Counted from the stretch's first letter, positions 37,303 to 53,213 are shown. The stretch: 64,000 nt of DNA from Eledone cirrhosa (GCA_964016885.1 OZ024742.1:130944001-131008000), one strand, 5' to 3'. Program-made: numbers and translations. The notes: generated by a model from the sequence alone, not told the origin.

Positions 37303-37793
37303 CTCTTTCATTTCGCTTTATGATGTCATAATATCATATCATATCCACCTTGTCATCCAACTTTATAAGTGTGATATTTTATGCCCTTGACATTGGCTCC
37401 AAACTTATGTTTCTGGTACAGGTTAGTCTGGTCCAACCAGAATTAATATAACAGCGTGCCTTTAATATCAGGGGGATAGATTCCATGTGAGAGTATTTCT
37501 CATTCTCTAGCACGTATATTCTATTCCCATAAGATGCAATCTATGTCACGTAACTTGGCGAAGAAAACAACGTTGTTACTAGCACTGCTTCTCGTTCTCA
37601 CTTTCATCTCGCAATTTACCACCATTTCCCATGAAGATTGCAGATTGGCTGCAAAGATTTGTATTGTGACAGGGTACAATATCAACCACCTCAGCATGAA
37701 ACGTAGAAATCTAAGTAGCACTTTGATTTCCCAAATACCGTATATTATGCAGTTCTCCTTCTGTTAAATGTGAATGTTCACCAAGTCACAGAC

Positions 37794-37832
<39 letters not shown>

Positions 37833-37852
37833 TGTATATATATATATATGAT

Positions 37853-37891
<39 letters not shown>

Positions 37892-37939
37892 ATATATGCA
37901 TGTATATATATATATATGATTATATATATATATATATAC

Positions 37940-38019
<80 letters not shown>

Positions 38020-38520
38020 GAGCCCTTGTGTGTGTGTGTGTGTCTATCGGAAACTCAGTATGATTGTGTAAATAAAAGCGAATTCCTTGCGGTGTTTACT
38101 TCTTAAGGGGGAGGTAATTCTATAAAGGAACGTTACTGTATAGGTGAACTCATCCATTACATAACTGGTGAATCGGTAATAAATGCTTGCCAGACTAAGT
38201 ACTTGCGTCGATATAATTGGCGAAAGCAAAACGCTTGAAGGCAGTACGCCAGAAGAGGCAAGCATCAATAACTGGAAACCAGTAAATGGATGAAGGAAAA
38301 GTTATATATATATATATATATGTATGTAGGTACGTGCGTGTGAGTGTGTGTGTGTGTGTATTTGTGCGAGGAGTGAGTGTGTTTTTGTGTGTCTTTTCTG
38401 TGTGTGTCTGTGCTGTGTCGGTGAATATATACATATAATATATCTATATATATGTATATTATATATACATATATATATATATATATTTATACATATATAT
38501 ATATATATATATATTTATAC

Positions 38521-38609
<89 letters not shown>

Positions 38610-38669
38610 CATATATATATATATATATATATGTATAAATATATATATATATATATATATATACACACG

Positions 38670-38741
<72 letters not shown>

Positions 38742-39399
38742 CATATGTATATCAGTATGTGTGGGTTCATACGTGCTTGTAGGTATATGTTCGGGTATAT
38801 TGTATTTAAGAAGGAGAACAATAAGATAACGTGACAAAAGCAACACATCGTCAACAACAACAATAACAACAACAGAAACAGTAGTAGTAAAGCAACAACA
38901 GCAGTAACACAACTAAAAATTGACTAACAATAATAATACATTCAACACTACAGACAGCAATAAAATGGTAAATTCTATCGAAATATTCTTTGAAGTCAAA
39001 ATAAAGACGCCCAAACTATATGCTTGGTAAATTCTATGCGAAACAAAAGGAAGAGGCAAAAATAAATAATAATAAATAACAAAATGAATAAAAGAAAATA
39101 TAAAATTAAATAAAATATAAAAAAAATCAGTGAAGCGCTTACGAAAACAAAAATTAATTCAAAGATATGAGAGAATACACCATTTTTTCCCCTGCCAAGA
39201 CTTCTAATGCTGGTTAGTTACTTGTGGCGCCACCATCATGACAGATTCAGTTCTAACGAACGCTGGTTGCATTGGAGCAAAAGAAGCAAGAGCTACAAAT
39301 CATGTTCACTTAAAACACGAGATTTTTGCTCAGCCAAGGTTAAAAACACAGTAATTCATTTACTTGAAAGAAGAATGAAAACTGAACGAAATAATAATG

Positions 39400-39458
39400 A
39401 TCATGATAATAATAATAATAAGAACAACAACATAAGCGGCAGCAGCAGCAGCAGCAGC

Positions 39459-39522
<64 letters not shown>

Positions 39523-41860
39523 CCACAGTCACCAGCAGCAAGAAGAACAGCAATTCAGCAACAGCAGCAACAACAACAAAAACAACAACAACAACACCAC
39601 AGTCACCAGCAACAAGAAGAACAACAACATCAGCAACAACATAAACCACCACAGCAACAACAACACCAGCAACACCACCACCACCACCACTCCTAACAAA
39701 CACAACGTCAGCAAAAACGTGAACAGCAACAGCGACAACAGCAGCAGCACCAACAGAAGTAGCAGCAACAGTTGCAACAACCACAGCAGCAGCTGCAACG
39801 ACAACAAAAGTAGCAACAGCAACAACAACAACAAGAAAAGCAGCAGCAACAAAACCACAGCCACCAGCAACAAGGAGAACTGCAACAGCAGCAGCAAGAA
39901 CATTAACAACAACAATAGAAGCAAAATCACCACTACTTCCACCACCAGCGACAAAAACAACGACAGCACAGCAGCATTGCCAATAACAGCAACAGTAACA
40001 ACAACAACATCACAACCACCACCAACAACACAACACCACAACAGTAGCAGCATTGCCAATAACAGCAGCAGCAGAAACAACAACAGCAGCAACAGTAGCA
40101 ACACCAACATCACAACCACTACCAACAACACAACAGCAGCAGTGCCAATAACAGCAGCAGCAGAAACAACAACAGCAGCAACAGTAGCGACACCAACATC
40201 ACAACCACCACCAACAACACAACAGCAGCATTGCCAATAACAGCAGCAGCAGAAATAACAACAACAGCAACAGCAACAACAACAACAACAACAACAACAC
40301 CACAATCACCAGCAGCAAGAAGAACAGTAATTCAGCAACAGCAGCAGCAACAACAACAACAACAACACCACAGTCACCAGCAACAAGAAGAAGAACAACA
40401 GCAGCAACAACATAAACCACCACAGCAACAACAACACCAGCAACACCACCACCACCACTCCTGACAAACACAACGTCAGCAAAAACGTGAACAGCAACAG
40501 CTACAAGAGCAGCAGCACCAACAGAAGTAGCAGCAACAGTTGCAACAACAACAGCAACAACAACAACAACAACAACAACAACAAGAAAAGCAGCAGCAAC
40601 AAAACCACAGCCACCAGCAACAAGGAGAACTGCAACAGCAGCAGCAACAACATTAACAACAACGACAGAAGCAAAATCACCACTACTTCCACCACCAGCG
40701 ACAAAAACAACGAGAGCAGCAGCAAGAACAACAGCACAGCAGCATTGCCAATAACAGCAACAGTAACAACAACAACATCACAACCACCACCAACAACACA
40801 ACACCACAACAGTAGCAGCATTGCCAATAACAGCAGCAGCAGAAACAACAACAGCAGCAACATTAGCAACACCAACATCACAACCACCACCAACAACACA
40901 ACAGCAGCATTGCCAATAACAGCAGCAGCAGCAGAAATAACAACAACAGCAACAGTAACAACACCAACATCACAACCACCACCAACAACACAACACAACA
41001 CAACAGCAGCATTGCCAATAACAGCAGCAGCAGCAGCAGCAGCAGAAACAACAACAACAGCAACAGTAACAACACCAACACCAACCACACAACAATACAA
41101 CAGCAGCAGCAGAAATAAGAACAACAGCAACAGTAACAACACCAACATCACAACCACCACCAACAACACAACAGCAGCATTGCCAATAACAGCAGCAGCA
41201 GCAGCAGAAACAACAACAACAGCAACAGTAACAACACCAACACCAACCACACAACAATACAACAGCAGCAGCAGAAATAAGAACAACAGCAACAGTAAGA
41301 ACACCAACACCAACAACAACACAACACAACAACACAACAGCAGCATTGCCAATAACAGCAGCAGCAGAAATAACAACAATAGCAACAGTAACAACTCCAA
41401 CACCAACAACACAACAACACAACAACACAACAACACAACAGCAGCATTGCCAATAACAGCAGCAGCAGAAATAACAACAACAGCAACATCACAACCACCA
41501 CCAACAAGTACAACACAACAGCAGCATTGCCAATAACAGCAGCAGCAGAAATAACAACAACAGCAACAGTAACAACACCAACATCACAACCACCACCAAC
41601 AAGTACAACACAACAGCAGCATTATCACTTCCACCAAAACACAACATCAGCAACAACATCAAAAAAACAGCAACACCGACAATAACAATATTAACAGCAA
41701 CAACACTAACGACAAGAAGAAGAAGAAGAAGAAGGAGAAAATGAAGAAGAAGGAGAAGGAGGAGAAGAAGAAGGCGAAGAAGCAGAAGAAGAAGAAGAAG
41801 AAGCAGAAGAAGAAGAAGAAGAAGAAGAAGAAGAAGAAGAAGAAGAAGAAGAAGAAGAAG
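39400..41860. repeat. Complex CAA/CAG-rich satellite with higher-order duplication, ending in (GAA)n
   Basis: Recurring GCAGCATTGCCAATAACAGCAGC unit; block ~39520-40230 recurs from ~40300. Confidence 0.85.
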
Positions 41861-42706
41861 AGCATCAACAATGACATTAACAACAGTACTCCATTTGCTA
41901 CACGGACCAATTAATTCATATATAACGTGTTATAAAGAGGTTTGTAAAGCGTGTGATTATATACGCATACACAGAAACACTGCACACACACACACATACG
42001 CACACGCGCGCACACACACACACACAAACAATCACACACAAACACACATACCCTTTCTTCCTCTCTCTCTCACACACACATACTCTTTCTCCCCCCCTCT
42101 CTCTCTCACACACGCAGACACATGTCGATGGACATTCGTCGGTTCCGACGATGAGTGCCCTAGTTGTTTGATCATCGGAACAGCCTATCCAGGAAATTAA
42201 CGCGCAAGTGGCTGAGCATTCCACATGAAGATATGTCGTCAACACAGTTCTCAGAAAGATTTACCATGATGCAGTGTTCACAATTTCCCAATATAAATAA
42301 TATGTTTTCCTTTAATCTATTTAAATGTCAGTCTAGAGCTTTTAAGTCATGACAAACATGGGAAATGTATCTAATATTCTTTATAATTGAGAGAGAAAGA
42401 AGAAGAGAGCGTGTGTGTAAGAGAGAGGGAGAGAGAGAGAGAGTGAGAGAGAGAGAGAGAGGGAGAGAGAGAGAGAGAGAGAGTGAGAGAGAGTGAGAGA
42501 GCGAGAGAGAGAGAGAGAGAGAGATTGAGAGACAGAGAGATGAAAAAGAAAAAAGAGAGGGAATATAGAGGAGGCAAAAGTAGCAAATATGTTTGGAGCC
42601 TGTAATTTCTTTTCATCTCAAAGAAAAGAAAACAAAAAAAACCCCGTAAAATTATTATTTCCAGGTCATATATATTACTATTTAAAATATAAAAAAAATC
42701 ATAATT

Positions 42707-42826
<120 letters not shown>

Positions 42827-42852
42827 CCACACATATATATATTATATATATA

Positions 42853-42993
42853 TATAACAAAGGAAATGTGGTAAGGAACCAGGTGGACCATAACGCACCA
42901 AAGTACTCAATACTTAGGGTAGTAGAGTGGGTAATAGGAACAAGTAAGACCCCGACGGCTGAGCTCAAGCCGTTTCGACGGCTAATTCTGGAC
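42853..42993 (-). mobile_element. Half-hammerhead repeat, same family as 20401
   Basis: Reverse complement of about 20458-20585; ends in the stem II region; TA flanks. Confidence 0.75.
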
Positions 42994-43029
42994 TATATAT
43001 ATATATAGTTATGTAATAAACAACATAGA

Positions 43030-43335
43030 AAGGAGAGTGCTCTATGTAGGTTACAGAGCTATTTAGTTATGTAATAAACAATATAAGACAATTATGTCAT
43101 TTACCAAAGGTTTCACGAAGACAGACGAGCCTGAAACAGACGTCTGAAATCGTTCGTCAGAACGAAAATTTATTTAAAACATCCGTTTTAAATAAATTTT
43201 CGTTCTGACGAACGATTTCAGACGTCTGTTTCAGGCTCGTCTGTCTTCGTGAAACCTTTGGTAAATGACATAATTGTCTTATATTGTTTATTACATAACT
43301 AAATAGCTCTGTAACCTACATAGAGCACTCTCCTT
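43030..43335. mobile_element. Apparently perfect palindrome (151-bp arms, 4-nt loop ATCC) with a hammerhead in each arm
   Basis: Arms 43030-43180 and 43185-43335. Confidence 0.9.
43200..43268 (+). ncRNA. Type I hammerhead (mirror copy 43097-43165 on the minus strand)
   Basis: UCGUU-CUGACGA-ACGA..CAGACG...CGUCUG..UCGU-GAAA-CC(UUU)GG-UA-AAUGA. Confidence 0.8.
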
Positions 43336-43361
43336 CCTTTTACCTTTCCCACAGAAACACT

Positions 43362-43406
<45 letters not shown>

Positions 43407-43451
43407 TACAATATATTAATAAATGGAAACTATATTTATAAAACCATATTT

Positions 43452-43515
43452 ATTTTATTATACATATTTCAAGGGCAACCAAGGCAAATTATGGTGCGCT
43501 TTCATCAGATAAAAT
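43452..43515 (-). ncRNA. Minimal type I hammerhead
   Basis: Minus strand: AUUUUAU-CUGAUGA-AAGCGCACCA...UGGUUGCCCUU-GAAA-UAUGUA-UA-AUAAAAU. Confidence 0.8.
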
Positions 43516-43575
43516 GCAGATTTGTTTTATAAATAAATATTGACATACCCGGGAAAAAAGACAACCTTAACGGTT

Positions 43576-43624
<49 letters not shown>

Positions 43625-43810
43625 GAAAAAAGATGAAATCGAAAATGCAACTGGAGTCTTATTTAAAAAAATATATATATACTTATTTGGTTCCTTTACC
43701 GGTTTCGCAGTTCTTCTGCTTTTGAAAAGTAGAGTTGAGATGGAGGGTCTGTGGTTTTTCTCAGATCTCTCTCTCTCTATATATATATATGTGTGTATGT
43801 GTTGCAAAAT

Positions 43811-44936
43811 TCAGCCGGCTTTGCTATCGAAGAATTCACCAACTGCAGTATTCAATTCATCATCAACTGCAAACGTTTTTCCATTTAAGAACTTCAGCAG
43901 TACCCAGAATAGATGGTAGTCTGTTGGTGCCAGATCAGGCGAGTACAGTGGGTGAGGGAGAACTTCGCTATCAAATTCCAGAAACATTTCACTGGAGAAC
44001 CTTGCAGCGTGTGGTCGGGCGTTGTCGTAAAGGAACAAGACATCAGTCAGTTCTGGAAGTTTTCGTGCAATTACATCAGCCACACGTTGCTGTTTCTGAC
44101 AGTACCGTTGAGAGTTGATGGATTGGTTATGATCCAGCATTTCCAAGTGAATTACGTCTTTCACATTCAACCAAACCATGAGCCTTTTTTTTATGCAGGT
44201 CGGGCTTTGTCTAAGGCTGTGTAGTTGCACCCTTGTCTGTACAGCTTCTTTTGCATATCACGTTCGAATACAAACATACAAACACCAGTAACCACTTTGT
44301 TTACTCAAACTAAATGGTGCTTCTTGGACAGTAATTATTTCTATTTTTGGCACAAGGCCAGCAATTACCCAGTACATTACTGGTACTTTATTTTGTCGAC
44401 CCCGTAAGGATGAAAGGCAAAGTTAACCTCGGCGGGATTTCATCTCTGTCTGTAAAGGGGCGTAACTCTGTGCTACAAAGCATCTTGTCCGACCCTCTAC
44501 CAATACTGCCAATCCGCCGCCCTTGGACAATAATGCCATGCGGCGCCAAATGCCAAAGTTGGTCAGTTTACATGGGACCTATACGTTAAATTTTCTGACT
44601 TTGCTCCATTACCTCTAAGTGATGTAACATGATTGTGGCTGACGTCAAACCTCTCAGCCATTTCGCATGCTGTCTCATGTATTTCAGCTTCGACACAGGC
44701 GCACAAATACTCATTGTCAATGCGTGAGAGTAGACCACTCTTGGCTGATCTTGGAGATTGAATTGGCCACGCTGGAACTTCTTAAAGCAATCGTTGAGCG
44801 TGTGACGACCAAGTGTGTTTTCTCCAAATACTTGGTTGATACGACGTTGCGATTGACCAGTGTTTAGGTCGGACTTATAATCATACATTAACAATGTGCA
44901 TAGCTGACCACGAGAGAGGCTCATTTGCTTGGCCAT
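43811..44936 (-). pseudogene. Mariner (D,D34D) transposase relic split by a SINE
   Basis: HTH-like RRINQVFGENTLG...FKKFQRGQFNLQDQPR; YDNARPH; HPLYSPDLAPTDYHLF. Confidence 0.88.
44332..44520 (-). mobile_element. SINE nested in the mariner relic
   Basis: Reverse complement of the Deu/Nin-like SINE. Confidence 0.8.
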
Positions 44937-46153
44937 TTTGGGACCTTATAAGAAGCTCATAAATGATGATAATAACCGATAATCAATCAAAAGTTATTGC
45001 TTTTTCTCATATGTAAATAAATATATAAATGAATAAACGTATATCTAAAAATATTTTGTAGTACTACTGATGAAAATCAAGTCTTTTATTTGCTAATTAT
45101 TTTATTCATTTCAACTATAGTAATTAGTATGTTTTCTTAATGATTTGAAACAGCTCTATAGGTATAATTATGTAAGTAATAATTTTATGTTTTGAATATT
45201 TTCTGCCTTGTCATTACAAAATATAATTATTTAATTATTGTTGTTTCCGTATTATTATCGTATGAGTATATTCTGGACTAAGAATCTTTCACCACTAGTT
45301 ACCATTGATCTTTTATGGTACAACGAAATCGAGATGTTTTTATTTCGATTTAATTGTGTCTGTTATACACACACATATATATAATTATCATCATCATCGT
45401 CATCGCTTTTGCGTCCGTTTTTCCACACTTGGATAGGTTGGACGAGTCCTTCTCAGCACAACATCACTCCACTCGCCGCATTTCTTCGTCAACTCCTTTG
45501 TAAGCCTCAGCAATTTAATGTCAGCTCTCACCACCCCTGTTCAGTTCTTTCTCGGTCCGCCTCTACTGTGTCCTCCTCCCATTGTAATTTCCTGGCACTT
45601 TCTCACCCGTCGATCATCATCCATACGCATCACATGTCCGTACCAAGTATACACAATTAGTGAGAATCACATTTATCGTACTTGTCATATTTTTGACAGA
45701 GTTTTTCTGGCTGGATGCCCTTCCTATCACCAACTACTTTACACCCAGCGTGAGCTGGGTGTATTATTTCTTCCACTAGCACTAGAGAGGTTGTCTTACT
45801 GGACTCAAGAGTCCTCTCCACCCTATATCAGTTTTTATTTGAAGTGTCTACTTTCCTAGACGGGTTGCCTTCACATCGGCCTACGGAATCCTACGTTTTC
45901 CCCGTGCAGTCGTTATTATTCGGAGTCACTGCCCTCCTAGACGGGTTCCCTTTACTATGGCCTACAGAATCTAATCAGTTGAGGTATGAAGCGTTTGGAA
46001 ACAGTAAATGTGAAAATATACGAAACGGTTTACGCTTGACCGTTACGTACGGCTATGTAGTTAAGGAATTTGCTTCGTACCACGTAATTCTGGGTTCAGT
46101 TTCGCTTCGCGTCAATTTGCATTAGTGACTTTTATTATAACCTCGGGCGAAGG

Positions 46154-46355
46154 TGTTGGATTGGCAGCATCGGTAGAGCGTCGGAAAACATGCTTTGCAG
46201 CATATAGTTACATCCTTTTACGTTCTGTGATTAAATCTCACCGAAGGTAACTGTGCCTTTCATCCTTACGAGGTTGATAAAATAATGTACTAGTAACGCA
46301 CTGGAATCGACCCACCTCTCAAACTATTGGTCTTGCGCCTAACCCAGAAACCATT
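46154..46355 (+). mobile_element. Degenerate Deu/Nin-like SINE
   Basis: GGATTGGCAGCATCGGTAGAGCG ... GCCTTTCATCCTTACGAGGTTGATAAAAT. Confidence 0.75.
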
Positions 46356-46827
46356 ATTACCTCGGGCTGAGGTTAAGTGGAATTTGGTGGGCAGAAACTG
46401 CATGGCGTGTTTTGAGCACCTTTAGCCTGGCGGAACTCGTCCTTCTCCGAGCTGGCTTACAGCCGATTGGTTCGAAAGAAAGAAAAGAATAGAAAGAAAG
46501 TAAGAGAGAGAGAGAAAGATATATATATATATATATAAATGTATATATATATATGTATATATCTATATATATATATACAGAGAGAGAGAGAGATGTATGT
46601 ATAGTATATTTGGCAATATACCGTATGTTTAATTAAAAACATTTAGAAGGCCATACGCTATCAATTTTAAAGTAGTAAACTTCTTGTCGGCGAAAGAAGG
46701 GAGAGAAGCTGACAGTCTGTTTCACGCTGATCAGAGCCACGTACTCCCCTGCCTTCGCCGAAAATTATAGAAAATTATAGAAGCTGGATTCCTGATTTTT
46801 ACTGGAATTCTATAAGAATCTAGCTTC

Positions 46828-46873
<46 letters not shown>

Positions 46874-46879
<6 letters not shown>

Positions 46880-47568
46880 AATAGGATTTCGCTTCAAGCA
46901 TAACTTTATACAATATATATAAATATTTCGTATCTCCAAAGAAATACTGTTTTAGGAAGCCGTAACTATGCAAACACCGGGGGGCTAACGCCCTCTGGTG
47001 ATGTCCAGCAGAAGCAAGGGCGACAACCGTCTATGCATTTCAGGCTTAACTGGCCTTCGTCAGGGCAGTCCCTCCCACCGCTTGCGACTGCTGGACTAGA
47101 AGACAGCTGAGAATATATACTTTTCTCGTCTGTGTAAATGAGGTGATTAATCTCATTTGCATATGAAGCTGCATAAGTTGGCTCCACTTATAATAAAAAA
47201 GAAATAGGATTTCGCTTCAAGCATAGCTTTATACGAAATATTTACTCACATTGTATAAAGCTATGCTTGAAGCGAAATCCTATTTCTTTTTATTATAAGT
47301 GGAGCCAACTTATGCAGCTTCATATGCAAATGAGATTAATCACCTCATTTACACAGACCAGAGAAGTATATATTCTCAGCTGTCTTCTAGTCCAGCAGTC
47401 GCAAGCGGTGGGAGGGACTGCCCTGACGAAGGCCAGTAAAGCCTGAAATGCATAGACGGTTGTCCCCCTTGCTTCTGCTGGACATCACCAGAGGGCGTTA
47501 GACCCCCGGTGTTTGCGTAGCTATGGCTTCCTAAAACTGTATTTCTTTGGAGATACGAAATATTTATA
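46874..47568. mobile_element. Fold-back element with ~316-bp inverted arms plus a partial tandem unit
   Basis: Arms 46918-47234/47253-47568; 46874-46911 repeats 47197-47234. Confidence 0.88.
47416..47461 (+). ncRNA. Minimal type I hammerhead (mirror copy 47025-47070 on the minus strand)
   Basis: GACUGCC-CUGACGA-AGGC(CAGUAAA)GCCU-GAAA-UGCA-UA-GACGGUU. Confidence 0.8.
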
Positions 47569-47569
47569 C

Positions 47570-48307
<738 letters not shown>

Positions 48308-48446
48308 TGAAGAACCAACTCAGTACTTGACTGGTATTTTATTTATTGACCTCGAAAAGATGAAAGACCGCTGTGGGATTTGAACTAAGAGCTCAGGAAA
48401 GCAGAACGACTCTGTGAACTTACCGTTTTTTGTTTGGATTAGCATA

Positions 48447-48780
48447 CTTGGGGCGCAGTCTAGCTGAACGATTAAGAGGTTCGCTTCGCGATCATTAGGG
48501 GCCGGTTCTATCTCATTGTGTGGCATCTTGGGAAAGTGTCATTTTCCATAACTTCGGGCAGATGACATTGGATAGATGGGACCAGTTTGGAAGCTCCTCT
48601 GATGGACTGCACCTGTAATCCAAATATCCAGCTTCGTCACACTGAATCTCCCTGAGAATAACCTTAAGGGTATACGTGTTTGCGGAATGCTTAGTCACAC
48701 GTTGTTGTTATGAGCAGGCTTTTCTGTTGATCGAACATCTGACACGATCATCTTCGAAAAAGCCGGAGGTCCATTCCATT
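48447..48780 (+). mobile_element. Degenerate tRNA-derived SINE (second family)
   Basis: tRNA-like head and shared 3' block CACACTGAATCTCCCTGAGAA...AAGGGTATACGTG, as at 58960. Confidence 0.6.
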
Positions 48781-50296
48781 CCAACCCCTTATTTGACAGT
48801 GCTAGGTTTATTGTTTGATGCCTGCTCTCGGTATTTAGACATACATTGTGTTGAAGTGAGAATATGAGTTGGTTTTTTTTTAGGAGGGGGGAGGGTTCTT
48901 TTATAGGGTGGATTGTTTTGTGTAATAGTCTCCATTTAGTATTTTTATTTTTATAGTTCGATATCCAGCTAAGGTTAATAGGTCATTATTACCAAAATAT
49001 CCTTTCGTACGTTCAATAATTTCATTCTAGTTATTTATGGATGTGTATTAGGAGGCCTTTTTCATTTCGCAGGATTTGATAAGTTTAGTCTGTTATATAT
49101 TGCTTGAGGGTATTTAATTTGGCAAGCATAGAAGCCTTTATAAACCTCTACATTCTCAGATCTGCCGTATTTCTGTCTCACATGTTTGTTTTTAATTATG
49201 ATTTTGACTTAGCAGCAAATTGTGGATTTCTACTTCACTGTTTTTCTCTGCTTGGTTAAATTTCATTGGCTTATTGTATCTGTATTTACATTTTTGATCC
49301 CATAGATCACGGAAATTGCCTTGCCATCAAACCTGATATACAACTTAATTAAATTAATTAAATTAATTATATTAGTTTAATTAATTATGTCTAGTTTCTT
49401 CGAAAAGGTTAGACATTTTTCCATTTTTCCAAGCGGGCTAGTCGCTCTTTCACAATCTAAGAAGAAAGTGTAGTAGCAATCAAGGAATGGTGAGTAAACA
49501 AACAATATTTTGTAATAAAATTTTGCTCCCGGCTAATGATATCAACATCAATCATAATCTTTCAAGGATAAATTCTGATTAAATAAATGAACATTTAAAA
49601 AATTATTTACATTATTTTTCTCACACATAGCTACCTCATAACATGTTTTTATTTATTAAAATCAATTTCTCTGTTTTTGGTTGCTTTAACTTTCTCAGTG
49701 AAGTAAATATTGTATATTTTCATATTATACCTAGATTAATTTTGCCTTTCATATTTCCGGAGGTGGCGATGGTATTAACAGAGTATTAACAGAGTATTAA
49801 CAGAGTTGTTAGAGCATATTACATTGAAGTGTTTGTTCCAACTGTCTGTGTATTGAGCTCAAGCACTGTCGGTGTAGGGAACATTGCTTTCCATCCTTTC
49901 GGATTGATAAAATAAAACGCTTAGCCAAGACGTTGGATTAACAAAATTATTTGAATGTCGGACGAGATGCCTTGTGGTATTTTCCTTGGTTCTTTGCATT
50001 CTGAGATCTTGGCTTAATTCGTCACCTAGTTTAACACTGTAACCTTGTCCTTGGGTGCAAAAAGGTGACGTGGTTGCCTAAACACTGTACGGCGTAATTC
50101 AGGCTGTTTATTTGTTTACAAACGAACAAACCGAGCATTATAATAAATGTTCGGTAAACTGATACGTGCATATATATATGTGTGCCTGTATGTATATATA
50201 TACATGCTACTGTACGTCTGTATACATACATACTTACATTTAAGTAAGTGCCGTACTAAGAGTGAGAAATGAAATTTCGTTTCATTCTATTCCATT

Positions 50297-50359
<63 letters not shown>

Positions 50360-50464
50360 TAACAGATAATATTTGCTCTACGGTTCTTATATATTTGATA
50401 TATATTTATCCTTATCGAGCCCTCTTTAAATTTTAATCTTCAAATTTATTATTATTACTATATA

Positions 50465-50526
<62 letters not shown>

Positions 50527-50528
50527 AT

Positions 50529-50572
<44 letters not shown>

Positions 50573-51431
50573 ATATATAGTAATATATATATATATATAT
50601 ATATATTCATGTTACACGCCAATCACTACACAAAATTCCTTGTTACCCTCACCCCATAACTATCTTTTTTTACTTTGTCTAAACACAACATACCCTCTCT
50701 ATAAATAACTTATCCACCTACTCTTCTCTTCCTGGGACAATGTCTGTCCCTTTCTTCCCCCTACCTTTCCCTCTCGGTCTCTCTTCTTTTTCTCTTTCGT
50801 CATTCCTCTGTGACACTAACATTTCTTATTTGCACGAAAGCACAAATAATCTGAAACCAAAAAATTTGATTAAATAAAATACATATAAATCTCACCATTT
50901 AAAAACGCAAATATATATCCTAAAATGACCAAAAGAAAATAAACCTCCATCCGCAGTATCAAGGAAAAAAAAGCGGCAAAAACTTGTAACATACATATGG
51001 TTACTAAAAATTAAAGAAACACACACACACACACCTAAAGTACAACAAATAAATGTATAACAAAGAAAAGAGTAAAAAATGCAACAATATTATAATAAAT
51101 TACAAAATTATACAAAATTTGAAAACAAGAAATAAAAGAAGAAAAAAGTGCAAGAAAGACAAAGACAAGAAAAACACAAAAATAATAAAAACCAAAAAAT
51201 AAGTTAAAAAAATACGGCGAGGAAAAAGAATAGAATGTAAAGTAAAGACTAAGAGCAGCAGCAGTAGCAGCAGCAGCAGTAGTAGCAGCAGCAGCATCTC
51301 TATTTCCTATTTAATACAATTACACCAAGGAATACAGTACAGAAATAATATATATATAATACATACACACACACACACATACACACACATATATGTGCAT
51401 TTACATAGATATGTATATATATACACATATG

Positions 51432-51464
<33 letters not shown>

Positions 51465-51531
51465 ATCTATATAAATGTATATGCATATATATTTGCATGT
51501 ATGTCTATATATATATATATATATGTATATG

Positions 51532-51597
<66 letters not shown>

Positions 51598-51636
51598 AAC
51601 GTATATGTATATAAATGTATATATTTATTTATATAT

Positions 51637-51693
<57 letters not shown>

Positions 51694-51694
51694 C

Positions 51695-51732
<38 letters not shown>

Positions 51733-51966
51733 GCATATATGAAGATGTGGAGAAAGCAAATTCAATCCCAACAGGAAGAACTGTATGGAAAAAAATATCG
51801 GCTGTGGTGCAACAGCAAAATCTAATAAATATATATAATAAAAAGCGAAGAATATTGAGTAAAGGCATCGAAATTATACCCCAGGATGCCACATGCATAT
51901 ACTCAGGAAAACTCTAACAGGAATACACACATATGTATAATGTAAATATATATGTATATATGAAGG

Positions 51967-52039
<73 letters not shown>

Positions 52040-52057
52040 TGTATGTATGTATGTATG

Positions 52058-52095
<38 letters not shown>

Positions 52096-52163
52096 TTTAT
52101 ATATATATATGGCGAAGTAAAAGACAAAAACAATAACAAAGAGTGCAATACGAACAGTGTTGG

Positions 52164-52259
<96 letters not shown>

Positions 52260-53213
52260 ATGTGTGCGTACATAAAATGCCACCATCTTTTTTTCTACCA
52301 GCGAAATTTATCAGGCGAGAGATTAAATAGCATTTCTGCTATTTCAAGCTTGTCAGTTTTGGGTTGTCAATTGTCCGTGATTTTTATCTCATTCCTATTA
52401 TTCTCTTATTTTTTATCCTTCGCTCATCATAGTGGGTTGGTGTGTATTTTTAAGCGATGAGCTTTTAATTCAAGGACACTACTTATTTCAAATTAACGAC
52501 TCTTCAAACTTCGGATATAAAAGTTTCAGGATTTGTTGCTGCTGCCATTAATTCTATGATCGTTATTCCTTTTTTGTCTTTATAAATAAATAAATACTGA
52601 TATTGTCTCGGACAGTATACATGATCAACGTCATTTATATGCTTTAGATTGTTGTATGGTGCATAGATATGTATGTATGGATGTGTGTATTATGTATGTA
52701 TGTATGATGTTGACGTGTTCTTCTTTTTGGTAAATATCATCTTGGTTAAGAGAGTGGGACTGGCTTTGTGCAGTGCCTTTGCTCACTATAAAAGCTTCAC
52801 GGCACAGGCATTGCTTTATATCTGGAGATCTCTCTGCACTTGTCATCACAGGGCACAATGGGCCCATCACTATGTGTCAGTAATTGTCACAAGTGTAGTG
52901 TTTGTACCAGAGTTTTCAACTGGCTGGACTAAAAAGTCACACTCGTTCAGCGCATCGGTAGGAGTTCTCCTACATGGATATAAAGTAGTGGCCGTACTCG
53001 AAAACGAGTTGGCAGCCACCATGTATGTATGTATGTATGTATGTATGTATGTATGTATGTATGTATGTATGTATGTATGTATGTATGTCTGCATGTATGT
53101 ATGTGTGTATGTATGTATGGATGAATGTCTGTATCTCTCTTTCTCTCTTTATCTCTCTCTCTGTATCTACATATCTCTCTATTTCTCTATCTATCTATGT
53201 ATCTATATATATT

